From NCBI GenBank assembly GCA_963654645.1, contig CAVKCU010000324.1, forward strand, positions 1 to 33,741: 33,741 nucleotides of DNA, given 5' to 3'. Under the pieces are notes generated by a model. The model was not told where the DNA came from. It made no database searches and saw only the letters and a list, made by a program, of their open reading frames with translations. Below, piece after piece: positions 16,082 through 25,890 of this stretch (within the stretch, counting starts at the first letter, position 1; each line of letters opens with the position of its first letter). This DNA comes from Clostridiales bacterium. Its GTDB lineage: Bacteria; Bacillota; Clostridia; Oscillospirales; Ruminococcaceae. A program made the translations under genes and the position numbers.

Positions 16082-17461
16082 TCAGTCTTTTTTCACCATC
16101 ATCTTGCTGGCCTTATAGATATCGCCGCAGCCCAGAGTGATGACCAGATCGCCCTCCCGGGCGTTCTGTTTGACCCAGTCAGCGGCAGCCTCCAGGCTGT
16201 CCACCAGCACAGAGTTGGGGATCTGCGCCGCCAGCTTTGCGCTGGTAATGGTGGGGTCGTTGGGCTCGCGGCTGCCCATGATGGGGGTGATCACCGTGAT
16301 ATCAGGGATCTTGAACACATCCACAAAGTCGTTGAACAGCATCTTGGTCCGGCTGTATGTAAACGGCTGATGGACTGCGATGACACGATTGTAGCCCAGC
16401 TCCTTGGCGGTGTTCAGGGTCGCGCGGATCTCGGTGGGATGGTGGGCGTAGTCGTCCACGACCACCGCGCCGTTGCACTCGCCGTAGACCTCAAAACGGC
16501 GGCCTGCCCCCTTGAAGTTCAGGGCAGCGTTGGCGCACTCCTCCACGGTCAGGCCCACAGAGCGGCAGACAGCACACATGGCCAGTGCATTGTAAATGTT
16601 GTGGCGGCCCGGCACTGCCAGACGGATGTGGCCCAGCTCCTTGGTATCCCACTCCTTCAGATCAAATTCAAAGAAGCCGGGCTTGTACTCCTTCACGTTG
16701 ACAGCACGATAGTCGGCCGCATTGTCGATGGCAAAGGTGCGCACGCGGCGGTCCAGGGTGTACATGACATCCATGGTGTTCTTGTCGTCCGCATTGGCAA
16801 AGATCATAAAATGGGTCATCAGGGCAAAGCGCTTGAAGGCAAACTTCAGCTCGCCCATGCTGCCGTAATAGTCCAGATGGTCGTTATCGATGTTCAGCAC
16901 CACGGACATATAGGGGGTCAGCTTGAGGAAGGTCTCGGAGAACTCGCAGGCCTCGATGACGATATCATCACCCTTGCCGGCCTTGCCGTAGCCGCCGATG
17001 AGGGGCAGCTTGCCGCCGATGACTGCAGAGGGATCACGGCCTGCCAGCTCCAGTGCGGTGGTGATCATGGAAGTCGTGGTGGTCTTGCCGTGGGTGCCGG
17101 AAACGCAGATGCTGTCCTTGTACAGGCGGCTCACATAGCCCAGCAGAACACTGCGCTCCACAGTGGGGATGCCATAGGAAGCGGCGGCGTTCAGCTCCAC
17201 GTTGTCCTTGGCAATGGCGGCAGAGTAGACCACCAGGTCAGCGCCGATCACGTTGTCCGCAGCATGACTCAGGCTGACCTTCACGCCCATCTCCCGCTCC
17301 GAGCGGATGATGCTGCCGTCCAGCACATCGCTGCCGGAGATATCATATCCCTTGGCAGTGAGGATCTGGATCAGCGGATACATACCGCTGCCGCCGCAGC
17401 CGATGAAGTGGATCTTTTTTACATTATCCAGCAGATGCATGGTATAATCAGTAACGAACAT
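16082..17461 (-). CDS. murC: UDP-N-acetylmuramate--L-alanine ligase
   Basis: IHFIGCGGSGM, GTHGKTTTT, EACE, NIDNDHLDYY, DDYAHHPTEI; start probably 17461 (GGAGG RBS). Confidence 0.95.
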   Translation of the reverse strand: MFVTDYTMHLLDNVKKIHFIGCGGSGMYPLIQILTAKGYDISGSDVLDGSIIRSEREMGVKVSLSHAADNVIGADLVVYSAAIAKDNVELNAAASYGIPTVERSVLLGYVSRLYKDSICVSGTHGKTTTTSMITTALELAGRDPSAVIGGKLPLIGGYGKAGKGDDIVIEACEFSETFLKLTPYMSVVLNIDNDHLDYYGSMGELKFAFKRFALMTHFMIFANADDKNTMDVMYTLDRRVRTFAIDNAADYRAVNVKEYKPGFFEFDLKEWDTKELGHIRLAVPGRHNIYNALAMCAVCRSVGLTVEECANAALNFKGAGRRFEVYGECNGAVVVDDYAHHPTEIRATLNTAKELGYNRVIAVHQPFTYSRTKMLFNDFVDVFKIPDITVITPIMGSREPNDPTITSAKLAAQIPNSVLVDSLEAAADWVKQNAREGDLVITLGCGDIYKASKMMVKKD

Positions 17462-17787
17462 AAGCAGGCAAACCTCCAATAAACAAACGGCCGCAAGGCA
17501 GACCGAATCCATCTTAATTCTTGGGTACTACTTATTATATAATTTTTGGCCGACAAAATAAACAGTTCCGAGCGAATTTTCGGAAAGAACCAGAAACTCC
17601 GGCACATTTTTGTGACAACTGTACAGATAGCCCATGGATTTTCGCCCCTTTTGCACACTTCATAAAAGATTTACATTTTTTATCGGCTTGATAGCTAACA
17701 ATTTTGAAGTATTCGTGGTATGATAGTTGTAAATTTTGAGCTATCACACTGCCGCCGGACGCGCGGCTGGAAAAGAGGAATCTCATT

Positions 17788-18633
17788 TTGAACATCAAGA
17801 TCACTGCGGACAGCACCTGCGATCTGTCCGAAGCGCTGCTCCGGCGGTGGAACATCAGCCTGATCCCCATGCATATCCTCATGGGGGAGGAAAGCTATCT
17901 GGACGGCGTTACCATCCACCCCACCGATGTATTCGCCCATGCCCAGAACGGCGGCAAAATGCCCAAATCCGCCGCCCCCAATCTGGTGGAGTACACCGAC
18001 TTCCTCGCCCCCTTTGCCAGAGACTACGATGCCGTCATCCACATCAATGTCGGCTCCAAATTCTCCTCCTGCTTCCAGAACGCCCGGCTGGCGGCGCAGG
18101 AGTTCGGCAACGTCTATGTTGTGGACAGCGAGAATATTTGCACCGGGCAGGGCTATCTCGTCCTGCAGGCCGCCAAGTGGGCCGCTGACGGCCTGCCGCC
18201 CAAGAACATTTCCATGCGCTTACAAGGCCTTGCCAAGCGGGTCGAGTTGAGCTTTGTGCTCAACCAGCTGGACTACATGGCCAAAAGCGGCCGCTGCTCC
18301 GGCGTGCTGGCCTTCGGGGCCAACATTCTGGGCATCAAGCCCAGCCTGGCCGTCATCGATGGTGAACTGAAAGTCGTGCGGAAGTACCGGGGCAGTCTGC
18401 CCATCTGCGTGGGCAAGTACATCACCGACCAGCTGGCGAACCGGGAGGACATCGACCGCAGCATGGTGTTCATCTCTTCCACCCAGGCGAAGCCCGGCTG
18501 CATGGAGGCCATCAAGGCCGGACTGCGGCAGTACGGCAATTTTGAGAATGTCTACGAGACCGACATCGGCACCACCATCGGCGGCTATTCCGGCCCCGGT
18601 ACCATCGGCATCGTGTTTGCACGCAAGCAGTAA
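17788..18633 (+). CDS. DegV family fatty-acid-binding protein
   Basis: ITADSTCDL, SKFSSCFQNA, VVDS, SGR, LGIKP, GPGTIG; TTG start behind AAGAGG. Confidence 0.92.
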   Translation: MNIKITADSTCDLSEALLRRWNISLIPMHILMGEESYLDGVTIHPTDVFAHAQNGGKMPKSAAPNLVEYTDFLAPFARDYDAVIHINVGSKFSSCFQNARLAAQEFGNVYVVDSENICTGQGYLVLQAAKWAADGLPPKNISMRLQGLAKRVELSFVLNQLDYMAKSGRCSGVLAFGANILGIKPSLAVIDGELKVVRKYRGSLPICVGKYITDQLANREDIDRSMVFISSTQAKPGCMEAIKAGLRQYGNFENVYETDIGTTIGGYSGPGTIGIVFARKQ

Positions 18634-18649
18634 ATTTCTCCCTGTACAC

Positions 18650-18685
18650 AAAAAAGACGCGCTCATCACAGAGCGCGTCTTTTTT
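18650..18685. terminator. Bidirectional terminator
   Basis: aaaaaagacgcgctc-atcaca-gagcgcgtctttttt between convergent genes. Confidence 0.9.
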
Positions 18686-18703
18686 GCATGATATCCGGTT
18701 TTC

Positions 18704-20374
18704 TCAGCTCAGCCGTCCGCTCTCTACCGAGAAGCTCAGGTCGGCCACAGCCATGGTGGATCTGCGGTGGGAGACCAGCAGGACAGTCTTTTCCCTGCAC
18801 TCATCCCGCACGGCCTTGAGGATGATCCCCTCGTTCAGGCTGTCCAGATTGGAGGTAGGCTCGTCCAGCAGGAGAAAGGGTGCATCGTGCAGGAAGGCAC
18901 GGGCCACACCGATGCGCTGGCGCTCACCGCCGGAGAGTGCACCGCCCAGCTCGCCCACAGGGGTATCATATCCCTTGGGCAGGCTGTTGATAAAGCCATC
19001 CAGCGCGGCCTTTCTGCAGGCAGCCTCCACCTCGGCACGGGTGGCATCGCGCCGGGCGATCCGGATGTTGTTTTCTATGGTATCGTCAAACAGCTCCGTT
19101 TCCTGGGTCACAAGGCTTTCCTGGGCGCGCAGAACGGCAGTGTTCACGGTGCGGATGTCACGTTCACCAAACCAGATGGTGCCGCTGCTCACATCCCAGA
19201 AGCGCATCAGCAGCCGCAGGAAGGTGGATTTGCCGCTGCCAGAGCGGCCCGTAATGCCCACGATCTTCTTTTCCGGGATGGTCAGGCTCAGGTCGTGGAG
19301 CACCTCTTCCCTGGCGTAGGCAAAGCTGACATGATCAGCCTGTGCACCGGTAAAGGTGGTATCCGCGCCGTCGGTCACATCGGCAGTCACGGGGTCCTCG
19401 TCCAGCAGGTCAAGGACACGGTCGGCACTGGCGAACACCTGAGTCAGGCTGGCACCGAGGTTGGCCAGCGCCACCACCGGGCCAAAGGAGCTCAGGGCCG
19501 ACAGGGTGCAGATCAGCACCCCTTCCGCGCCCAGCTGGTCGTTCTGATACAGCCGGATGCTTACCCCCAGCACAGCCAGCGCCGTCAGCACGATGAGGGT
19601 GTTGGCTGCACCCACGGTCACGCCCTCACGGTACTTCATGGCCTTCTGCTTCTCCCCCAGCGTCTCGCTGTGGGCCGTGATGCCCTCGGCACGCGCGGCG
19701 GTGTTCTGGTACTGCAGAATATCCCGCAGGCCGCGCAGGCTTTCCAGCAGATAGCTGTTGGTGTCGGCCAGAGCCTGCCGGTACTCGCGGGCGGCTTTGT
19801 CGCCCCGTCTGGCAGACCACACCGGCAGAGCAATGCCCACCAGCAGATAGCCTGCCAGCAGCACCAGTGCGGGCAGAATATGATAACTGGCCGTAAAGCA
19901 GGTCATGCCGGTCACACAGAGGATCGCGATACAGACCGGCGAAATGGTGTGGGCATAGAACACCTCCAGCTGCTCGATGTCGGCAGTGATCAGAGAGATC
20001 AGGTCGCCCCGGTCACGGCCCTCCAGCTTGGCGGGGGTCAGGCGGCGGAGTGCGCCGAACACCTTATCCCGGATGAGGGCCAGCAGCTTGAAGGCGATAT
20101 AGTGGTTGGAGGCCTGCTCTGCGTAGCGCAGCACGCCGCGCAGCAGGGCAAAGACAAGGATGCAGGCAAAGGCGGTGCCCACGCCTGCCAGCGGGCTGGG
20201 CAGGCCTGCCGCCGTGAGCAGGGCAAAGCCGCCGAAGATCGTGATAAAGGTGGCGCAGAAATGGCCGATGACACCCATGACAATGGCTGCCAGCATAATG
20301 GGCAGCATGGGCCGGACCAGCACGATCAGCCGTGCGGCAATGGCAAACGGACTGCGGTGTTTTGTGTTGTTCAT
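18704..20374 (-). CDS. ABC transporter permease/ATPase, CydC-like half
   Basis: N-terminal TMD; GRSGSGKST, LSGGERQR, LLLDEPT; ATGA-coupled to the upstream half. Confidence 0.9.
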   Translation of the reverse strand: MNNTKHRSPFAIAARLIVLVRPMLPIMLAAIVMGVIGHFCATFITIFGGFALLTAAGLPSPLAGVGTAFACILVFALLRGVLRYAEQASNHYIAFKLLALIRDKVFGALRRLTPAKLEGRDRGDLISLITADIEQLEVFYAHTISPVCIAILCVTGMTCFTASYHILPALVLLAGYLLVGIALPVWSARRGDKAAREYRQALADTNSYLLESLRGLRDILQYQNTAARAEGITAHSETLGEKQKAMKYREGVTVGAANTLIVLTALAVLGVSIRLYQNDQLGAEGVLICTLSALSSFGPVVALANLGASLTQVFASADRVLDLLDEDPVTADVTDGADTTFTGAQADHVSFAYAREEVLHDLSLTIPEKKIVGITGRSGSGKSTFLRLLMRFWDVSSGTIWFGERDIRTVNTAVLRAQESLVTQETELFDDTIENNIRIARRDATRAEVEAACRKAALDGFINSLPKGYDTPVGELGGALSGGERQRIGVARAFLHDAPFLLLDEPTSNLDSLNEGIILKAVRDECREKTVLLVSHRRSTMAVADLSFSVESGRLS

Positions 20375-22104
20375 GCGCTCACCTCCCCAAGGTCTTCCAG
20401 CTGTTTCTGGGCGTTGTACAGGCGGCTGTACACCCCCTGTGCCGCCAGCAGGTCGTTGTGCGTTCCCTGCTCGGCGATGCGGCCTGCCTCCAGCACATAG
20501 ATGCAGTCGCTGTCCACCACATTGGCCAGACGGTGGGAGATCAGGATCACTGTTTTCTTTCCCGCCAGGCTGTGGATGGCTTTCATTATATCGTTCTCGC
20601 TCTCGGCATCCACATTGGAGGTCGCCTCGTCGAACACATAGATGGGCGAATCATGCAGCAGGGCACGGGCCATGGCAAGGCGCTGGCGCTGCCCGCCGGA
20701 CAGGTTGGAGCCGCCTTCGTGGAGCGCCGTTGCAAGGCCGCTCTGGCTGCGGCAGAAATCTGCAAGGTTCACCTGCTCCAGGGCCGCCCAGAGCTCGGCT
20801 TCGGCTGCATCGGGCCGGGCCATCCGGAGGTTGGCTTCCACCGTGCCCTTGAAGATGGCCGCATTGTGGGGCACCAGTGTCAGCAGGCGCAGGCGGTCGG
20901 CCTGCTTCCATTCGCTGACCGGGATGCCGCCCAGCGTGACCTCTCCCTCCGTCACGGTGCGGGCACCGGACAGGATGGCCGCAATGGTGCTCTTGCCGCA
21001 GCCGGATTCTCCCACCAGCGAGACAAAGCTGCCCTGCGGGATGGTCAGGGACACATCGTGCAGGATGGTGCGCTCCTTCTCGTAGCCAAAGGTGACATGC
21101 TCCAGCGCAAGGGTGCTGTCGGCCGGGTCGGCGGTCTTTTCGCCATCTTCAGGCTCCTGGGCAGAGAGCAGCCTGAAGATCTTCTCAGCCGAAGCCGCGC
21201 CATTCATGGCAATGTGGAAGTAGCTGCCCAGCAGGCGCAGGGGCAGGAAGAAATCCGCCGCCAGCAGGAGGATGGTCAGGGCACTGGTCAGGCTGAGCTG
21301 GCCCTTGGCAAAGGCCGATGCCGCGCTGATGATGCCCAGACCGGCACCGCCGTAGGCCATCAGATCCATCAGGGTCACGCTGTTCAGCTGCATGGTCAGC
21401 ACCTTCATCGTGATCTTGCGGAACCGCTCAGCCTGAGCATTCATCTCCTCGTGCTTCCAGCCGTCCGCCTGATAGATCTTCAGGGTGGTCAGACCCTGGA
21501 TATTCTCCAGAAAGCTGTCGCCCAGGGTGGTGTACTCGCCCCAGTAGTTCGCCAGCAGCTTCTTTGCAAACTTCTGCACCGCCACAATGGACATGGGGAT
21601 CAGCGGCACACAGCACAGCAGGAGGATGGCCGAGCGCGCGTGCACGCCCACCAGCAGCACAAACAGGGTCACAGGGGCCAGCAGGCTGTAAAACAGCTGG
21701 GGCAGATACTTTGCAAAGTAGGTGTCGATCTGCTCCACACCCTCGCTGGCCAGCATCACGGCTTCACTGGTGGCCACCGTCTCGCTGTAACCGGCCCCCA
21801 GCCGGGTGAGCTTTGCATAGATGCTGCTGCGCAGGGTGCGCTTGACATCCTTGGAAGCCCGATCGCTCATATCGGAGGCGCAGAGGGTAAGGCCATAGCG
21901 CACCGGCACCGTCAGCAGGCAGAGCAGCATCCCCTGCCAGAGGGCATTGCCGGTCAGGCTGCCCGCAAACACGCCGCCGATGAGGCGGGATACCGTCATC
22001 ACCAGCACCACATTGCACAGCATCCCCAGCCACTGGAACAGCACGTTCAGCCCCACATAGCGCAGGGCCTTCCGATCGAAGGAAAGCAGTTTTTTGTTGA
22101 TCAC
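20371..22104 (-). CDS. ABC transporter permease/ATPase, CydD-like half
   Basis: YLPQ, PLIP, FFLPLRLLGSYFH CydD-like segments; GESGCGKST, LSGGQRQR, FDEAT; GTG start overlaps the regulator stop. Confidence 0.9.
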   Translation of the reverse strand: MINKKLLSFDRKALRYVGLNVLFQWLGMLCNVVLVMTVSRLIGGVFAGSLTGNALWQGMLLCLLTVPVRYGLTLCASDMSDRASKDVKRTLRSSIYAKLTRLGAGYSETVATSEAVMLASEGVEQIDTYFAKYLPQLFYSLLAPVTLFVLLVGVHARSAILLLCCVPLIPMSIVAVQKFAKKLLANYWGEYTTLGDSFLENIQGLTTLKIYQADGWKHEEMNAQAERFRKITMKVLTMQLNSVTLMDLMAYGGAGLGIISAASAFAKGQLSLTSALTILLLAADFFLPLRLLGSYFHIAMNGAASAEKIFRLLSAQEPEDGEKTADPADSTLALEHVTFGYEKERTILHDVSLTIPQGSFVSLVGESGCGKSTIAAILSGARTVTEGEVTLGGIPVSEWKQADRLRLLTLVPHNAAIFKGTVEANLRMARPDAAEAELWAALEQVNLADFCRSQSGLATALHEGGSNLSGGQRQRLAMARALLHDSPIYVFDEATSNVDAESENDIMKAIHSLAGKKTVILISHRLANVVDSDCIYVLEAGRIAEQGTHNDLLAAQGVYSRLYNAQKQLEDLGEVSA

Positions 22105-22499
22105 GAAGCGTTCTCCTTTTCAGATTCATCCGGGCCGAACAGGCGGTCATATTCGCCGGTAAAAGCCCGTTCGGGCAGGGCCGAAGTCAGAGCCAAAGCG
22201 GCATTATAGCGTTCCTCCTCGGTCATGTCGATGCGCACAGGCGGAAAATGCGTCAGCACCGTTTCCAATTGAGCCCTGACCGCCTTTGCCACAAAGATGC
22301 CCCGATCGGTCAGATAGATCTTGCCATAGTGTTCCTTCACGATCATGCCCCGATCCATCAGCAGGTTCATAATGCGCACCACGCTGGGCTTGGTCACGTT
22401 CAGCTTCTCGGCAATGCTGCGGGAGCAGATATCCAGATGCGTCTGGGAGACCTCATAGATGGCCAGCAGATACCGCAGATGGGCTGCTGTCAGTTCCAT
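22101..22499 (-). CDS. DtxR/MntR-family transcriptional regulator (degenerate metal site)
   Basis: YLLAIY...IAEKLNVTKPSV...YGKIYLTDRG winged HTH. Confidence 0.85.
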   Translation of the reverse strand: MELTAAHLRYLLAIYEVSQTHLDICSRSIAEKLNVTKPSVVRIMNLLMDRGMIVKEHYGKIYLTDRGIFVAKAVRAQLETVLTHFPPVRIDMTEEERYNAALALTSALPERAFTGEYDRLFGPDESEKENAS

Positions 22500-22540
22500 A
22501 GTATCACTCTCTTCTATAATAATGTAAGCCGCTTTCCAGT

Positions 22541-22556
22541 GTTATCCAAAGCTAAC
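22541..22556. promoter_or_regulatory. Candidate operator GTTA-N8-TAAC (16 bp)
   Basis: gttatccaaagctaac; similar to the boxes at 26547 and 26617. Confidence 0.5.
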
Positions 22557-22568
22557 TTTTTTCATTCT

Positions 22569-22608
22569 AAAAAAGGGCGCGGGCCGATTGGATGTTCGAC
22601 CCGCGCCC
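22569..22608 (-). terminator. feo operon terminator
   Basis: gggcgcggg...cccgcgccc with a 6-T tail on the minus strand. Confidence 0.85.
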
Positions 22609-22623
22609 AGCGGTTTTTACTGA

Positions 22624-22794
22624 TCAGTGGCAGCCGCTGCAGCCGCCGCAATTGCCATTGCAGCCACCTTCGCCGCAGCCCCCACAGCCGCCATGCTTGT
22701 GGGAGTGCCATGTGGCCCAGCCCACACCGCCAAACACGATAGCACCTACAATGATGGTAGGCAGATTAAAGTTCGTGGTCAGGAATTCCATCAT
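22624..22794 (-). CDS. FeoB-associated Cys-rich membrane protein, 56 aa (not in the ORF track)
   Basis: MMEFLTTNFNLPTIIVGAIVFGGVGWATWHSHKHGGCGGCGEGGCNGNCGGCSGCH, directly after feoB. Confidence 0.88.
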   Translation of the reverse strand: MMEFLTTNFNLPTIIVGAIVFGGVGWATWHSHKHGGCGGCGEGGCNGNCGGCSGCH

Positions 22795-22828
22795 ACAGAA
22801 CACACCCTTTCAAACTGGACAGATGATT

Positions 22829-25018
22829 TTACTTGATCTTGGAAACGTCGATCTTGACTTCGTTATCGCCAACATACTTGTTGGGACGAACCATCAGGTA
22901 GATGAAAGCAGCCAGAACAACCACAGCCACGATGGTAAAGACATTGAAGCCGATCTCACCGGTGATCAGACCGCCGATCTGGTACACGACCAGAGATGCG
23001 CAGTAAGCCAGAGCGCACATATAGCCGATGGCGATGGCAGTCCACCTGCCGTTGTTCATCTCACGCTTGATCGCACCCATAGCAGCAAAGCAGGGAGCGC
23101 ACAGCAGGTTGAAGATCATGAAGGCGTAAGCAGAGAGCGCGGTGTAATCCTGCGCAACGGCTGCCCAGATCTCGTCGCCGTTCTCAGACAGCTCGCCGCC
23201 GAAGTGATACAGAACACCGAAGGTGCCAACTACGTTCTCCTTTGCGATCAGGCCGGAGACGGAAGCGACAGTTGCACGCCAGTTGCCGAAGCCCAGAGGT
23301 GCGAAGATCCAAGCGATCTTGGTAGCGATAGCAGCCAGCACGGAGTTGTCCTGATCCTCGACCATGCCGAAGGCACCATTCTCGAAGCCGAAGCCCTGCA
23401 GGAACCACAGCACAACGGTAGCGGCCAGAATGACGGAGCCTGCGCGCTTGATGAAGGACCAGCCGCGCTCCCAAGTAGCACGGAAGACGTTGCCCCAAGC
23501 GGGCACATGGTATGCGGGCAGCTCCATCACGAAGGGAGCGGGATCACCTGCGAAGAGCTTGGTCTTCTTCAGGATCACGCCGGAGCAGATGATGGCAGCC
23601 ATGCCAATGAAGTAAGCAGAGACAGCCACCAGAGAAGAACCGCCGAACATCGCACCTGCGATGAGGCCGATGATGGGCATCTTTGCGCCACAGGGGATGA
23701 AGCAGGTGGTCATGATGGTCATACGGCGGTCGCGCTCGTTCTCGATGGTACGAGAAGCCATAACGCCCGGAACGCCGCAGCCGGTGCCCACCAGAACGGG
23801 GATGAAGCTCTTACCGGACAGGCCGAACTTACGGAAGATACGGTCCATGATGAAGGCCACACGGGACATGTAGCCGACGTCCTCCAGAATGGACAGCAGG
23901 AAGAACAGGACGAGCATCTGGGGAACGAAGCCCAGAACCGCGCCGACACCGGCGACGATACCGTCCATGATCAGGCCGTACAGCCAGCCCGCCACGCCGA
24001 TGCTCTCTAGGAAGCCACCCAGCGCATTGGGAACGATCTCACCGAACAGGACATCGTTGGTCCAGTCGGTGGCAAAGGTACCGATGGCCCAGCCGCCGTC
24101 TGCGATGGAAGTGCCCATGGACAGGGAGTACATCAGGAACATGACCAGTGCGAAGATGGGCAGAGCCAGCACACGGTTGGTCACGATCTGGTCGATCTTA
24201 TCGGAAACGGTCAGGTGCTCCACGCGGGCCTTCTTCTTGACGGCCTTGGAGACGACATCGTTGATGTAAGCGTAGCGCTGGTTGGTGATGATGCTCTCGG
24301 CGTCATCGTCCATCTCAGCCTCGCAGTCCTTGATGTGCTGGTCGATGTGATCCAGCAGGGTCTTGTCGAGATTCAGCTCAGCCTGGACCTTGTCGTCACG
24401 CTCGAACAGCTTGACGGCATACCAGCGCAGGAAGCGGTCATCGACCTTGCCCTGAATGGACTCCTCGATGTGAGCGATGGCATGCTCGACGCTGCCGGTG
24501 AAGACGTGGGGCAGCTCAACAGCCTTGCCGGCCTTGGCAGCAGCCTCAGCCATCTGAGCAGCCTTTTCGCTGCCCTCGTTCTTCAGTGCGCTGATCTCAA
24601 CTGCCTGACAGCCCAGCTCTGCGCTCAGCTTCTTCAGGTCGATCTTATCGCCGTTCTTGCGGACGAGGTCGATCATGTTGACGGCCATGACAACGGGGAT
24701 GCCCAGCTCGATCAGCTGGGTGGTCAGGTACAGGTTCCGCTCGATGTTGGTGCCATCGATGATGTTCAGGATGGCGTCGGGCTTCTCGTTGACCAGATAG
24801 CTGCGGGCCACGACCTCTTCCAAGGTGTAGGGGGACAGCGAGTAGATACCGGGCAGGTCCTGAATGATGACGTCTTTCCCGCCCTTCAGCTTGCCTTCCT
24901 TCTTCTCGACGGTAACGCCGGGCCAGTTGCCGACGTACTGGTTAGAGCCGGTCAGTGCATTGAACAGGGTGGTTTTACCGCAGTTCGGGTTGCCGGCCAG
25001 TGCGATCTTAATGCTCAT
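22829..25018 (-). CDS. feoB: Ferrous iron transport protein B
   Basis: GNPNCGKT, NWPGVTVE, DLPG, NMID GTPase motifs plus a membrane domain (GCGVP, PF.MELP.Y). Confidence 0.97.
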   Translation of the reverse strand: MSIKIALAGNPNCGKTTLFNALTGSNQYVGNWPGVTVEKKEGKLKGGKDVIIQDLPGIYSLSPYTLEEVVARSYLVNEKPDAILNIIDGTNIERNLYLTTQLIELGIPVVMAVNMIDLVRKNGDKIDLKKLSAELGCQAVEISALKNEGSEKAAQMAEAAAKAGKAVELPHVFTGSVEHAIAHIEESIQGKVDDRFLRWYAVKLFERDDKVQAELNLDKTLLDHIDQHIKDCEAEMDDDAESIITNQRYAYINDVVSKAVKKKARVEHLTVSDKIDQIVTNRVLALPIFALVMFLMYSLSMGTSIADGGWAIGTFATDWTNDVLFGEIVPNALGGFLESIGVAGWLYGLIMDGIVAGVGAVLGFVPQMLVLFFLLSILEDVGYMSRVAFIMDRIFRKFGLSGKSFIPVLVGTGCGVPGVMASRTIENERDRRMTIMTTCFIPCGAKMPIIGLIAGAMFGGSSLVAVSAYFIGMAAIICSGVILKKTKLFAGDPAPFVMELPAYHVPAWGNVFRATWERGWSFIKRAGSVILAATVVLWFLQGFGFENGAFGMVEDQDNSVLAAIATKIAWIFAPLGFGNWRATVASVSGLIAKENVVGTFGVLYHFGGELSENGDEIWAAVAQDYTALSAYAFMIFNLLCAPCFAAMGAIKREMNNGRWTAIAIGYMCALAYCASLVVYQIGGLITGEIGFNVFTIVAVVVLAAFIYLMVRPNKYVGDNEVKIDVSKIK

Positions 25019-25043
25019 TGTGTTCCTTTCCTCTCTATTCGGA

Positions 25044-25265
25044 TCAAACCACTTCGATCATTTCAGCGTCGGCCTTACGCACACTCAGCTCGTAGTTGCG
25101 CACGGTCAGTTCCATGGGGTCGCCCAGCGGGGCCACCTTGCGGACATAGATCTCAACACCCTTGGTGATGCCCATGTCCATGATACGGCGCTTGACAGGG
25201 CCCTCGCCATGCAGACGAGCGACGGTGCATGTTTCGCCGACCTTGACATCTTTCAAAGTCTTCAT
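25044..25265 (-). CDS. feoA: Ferrous iron transport protein A
   Basis: RRIMDMG, APLGDP, LSVRK. Confidence 0.95.
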   Translation of the reverse strand: MKTLKDVKVGETCTVARLHGEGPVKRRIMDMGITKGVEIYVRKVAPLGDPMELTVRNYELSVRKADAEMIEVV

Positions 25266-25342
25266 ATAGTTCCTCCTCTACTTGTCTTTATTTCAGCGAC
25301 CATTCCAGTTTCGGAGCAGGTCCCAAACAGCGTTTCCGCTGT

Positions 25343-25558
25343 TTAGCCGATCATAATGCGGTTCGCCATGGTCTTGTCCAGTGCGATGCGGCTCTCCTTG
25401 ACCTGTAAGATCAGGTTGCCCGCGATCTCGTTGACCACAGTGACCTCGCTTTCCACCACGAAGCCGAGCTCTGCCAGATGCTGACGGATCTCGTCCTTAC
25501 CGGTGATCTTTTTGATGGTAACGGTCTCGCCCGCTTTTGCCATCGTCAAAGGCATCAT
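25343..25558 (-). CDS. feoA: FeoA family protein
   Basis: MMPL...HLAELGF...RIALDKTMA; upstream paralog in the feo operon. Confidence 0.9.
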   Translation of the reverse strand: MMPLTMAKAGETVTIKKITGKDEIRQHLAELGFVVESEVTVVNEIAGNLILQVKESRIALDKTMANRIMIG

Positions 25559-25612
25559 ACTTCATTCACCCTTTCTTCTCCCACGCATTTGGAAGCAGGT
25601 TTTCCAAATCGA

Positions 25613-25710
25613 GTTAGTCAGTTGTGACTATCAACACAGATAGTTTATACTTACTAACCTTTTTTGTCAATAATTTTTTCATAATTAAAAGTTAGTTTGT
25701 AGGAACAAAC
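25613..25710 (-). promoter_or_regulatory. feo promoter with three imperfect 20-bp palindromes
   Basis: TTGACA(25665-70)-17-TAAACT(25642-47); palindromes at 25613-32, 25639-58 and 25691-710. Confidence 0.7.
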
Positions 25711-25890
25711 AGATTTTTTGCCCCTGTTTTGTTCAGAATTCATTACTTTCAACAACGACACAGCCGCCCGATGCAGGGGTCAACTGCACCGGGCGGCCGC
25801 GTGTCAAAAGGAGGATCTCTTCCCGTCAGGGCGTGGTGTCTCTGACGGGCGCCAAGGATAAAAAGAGAGTATTGGTAGGAAATGTCAAAT

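Noticed and set aside
22627..22836. Poly-Ala plus-strand ORF / apparent GCAGCC microsatellite
   Set aside because: It is the antisense reading of the Gly-Cys codons of the FeoB-associated peptide.
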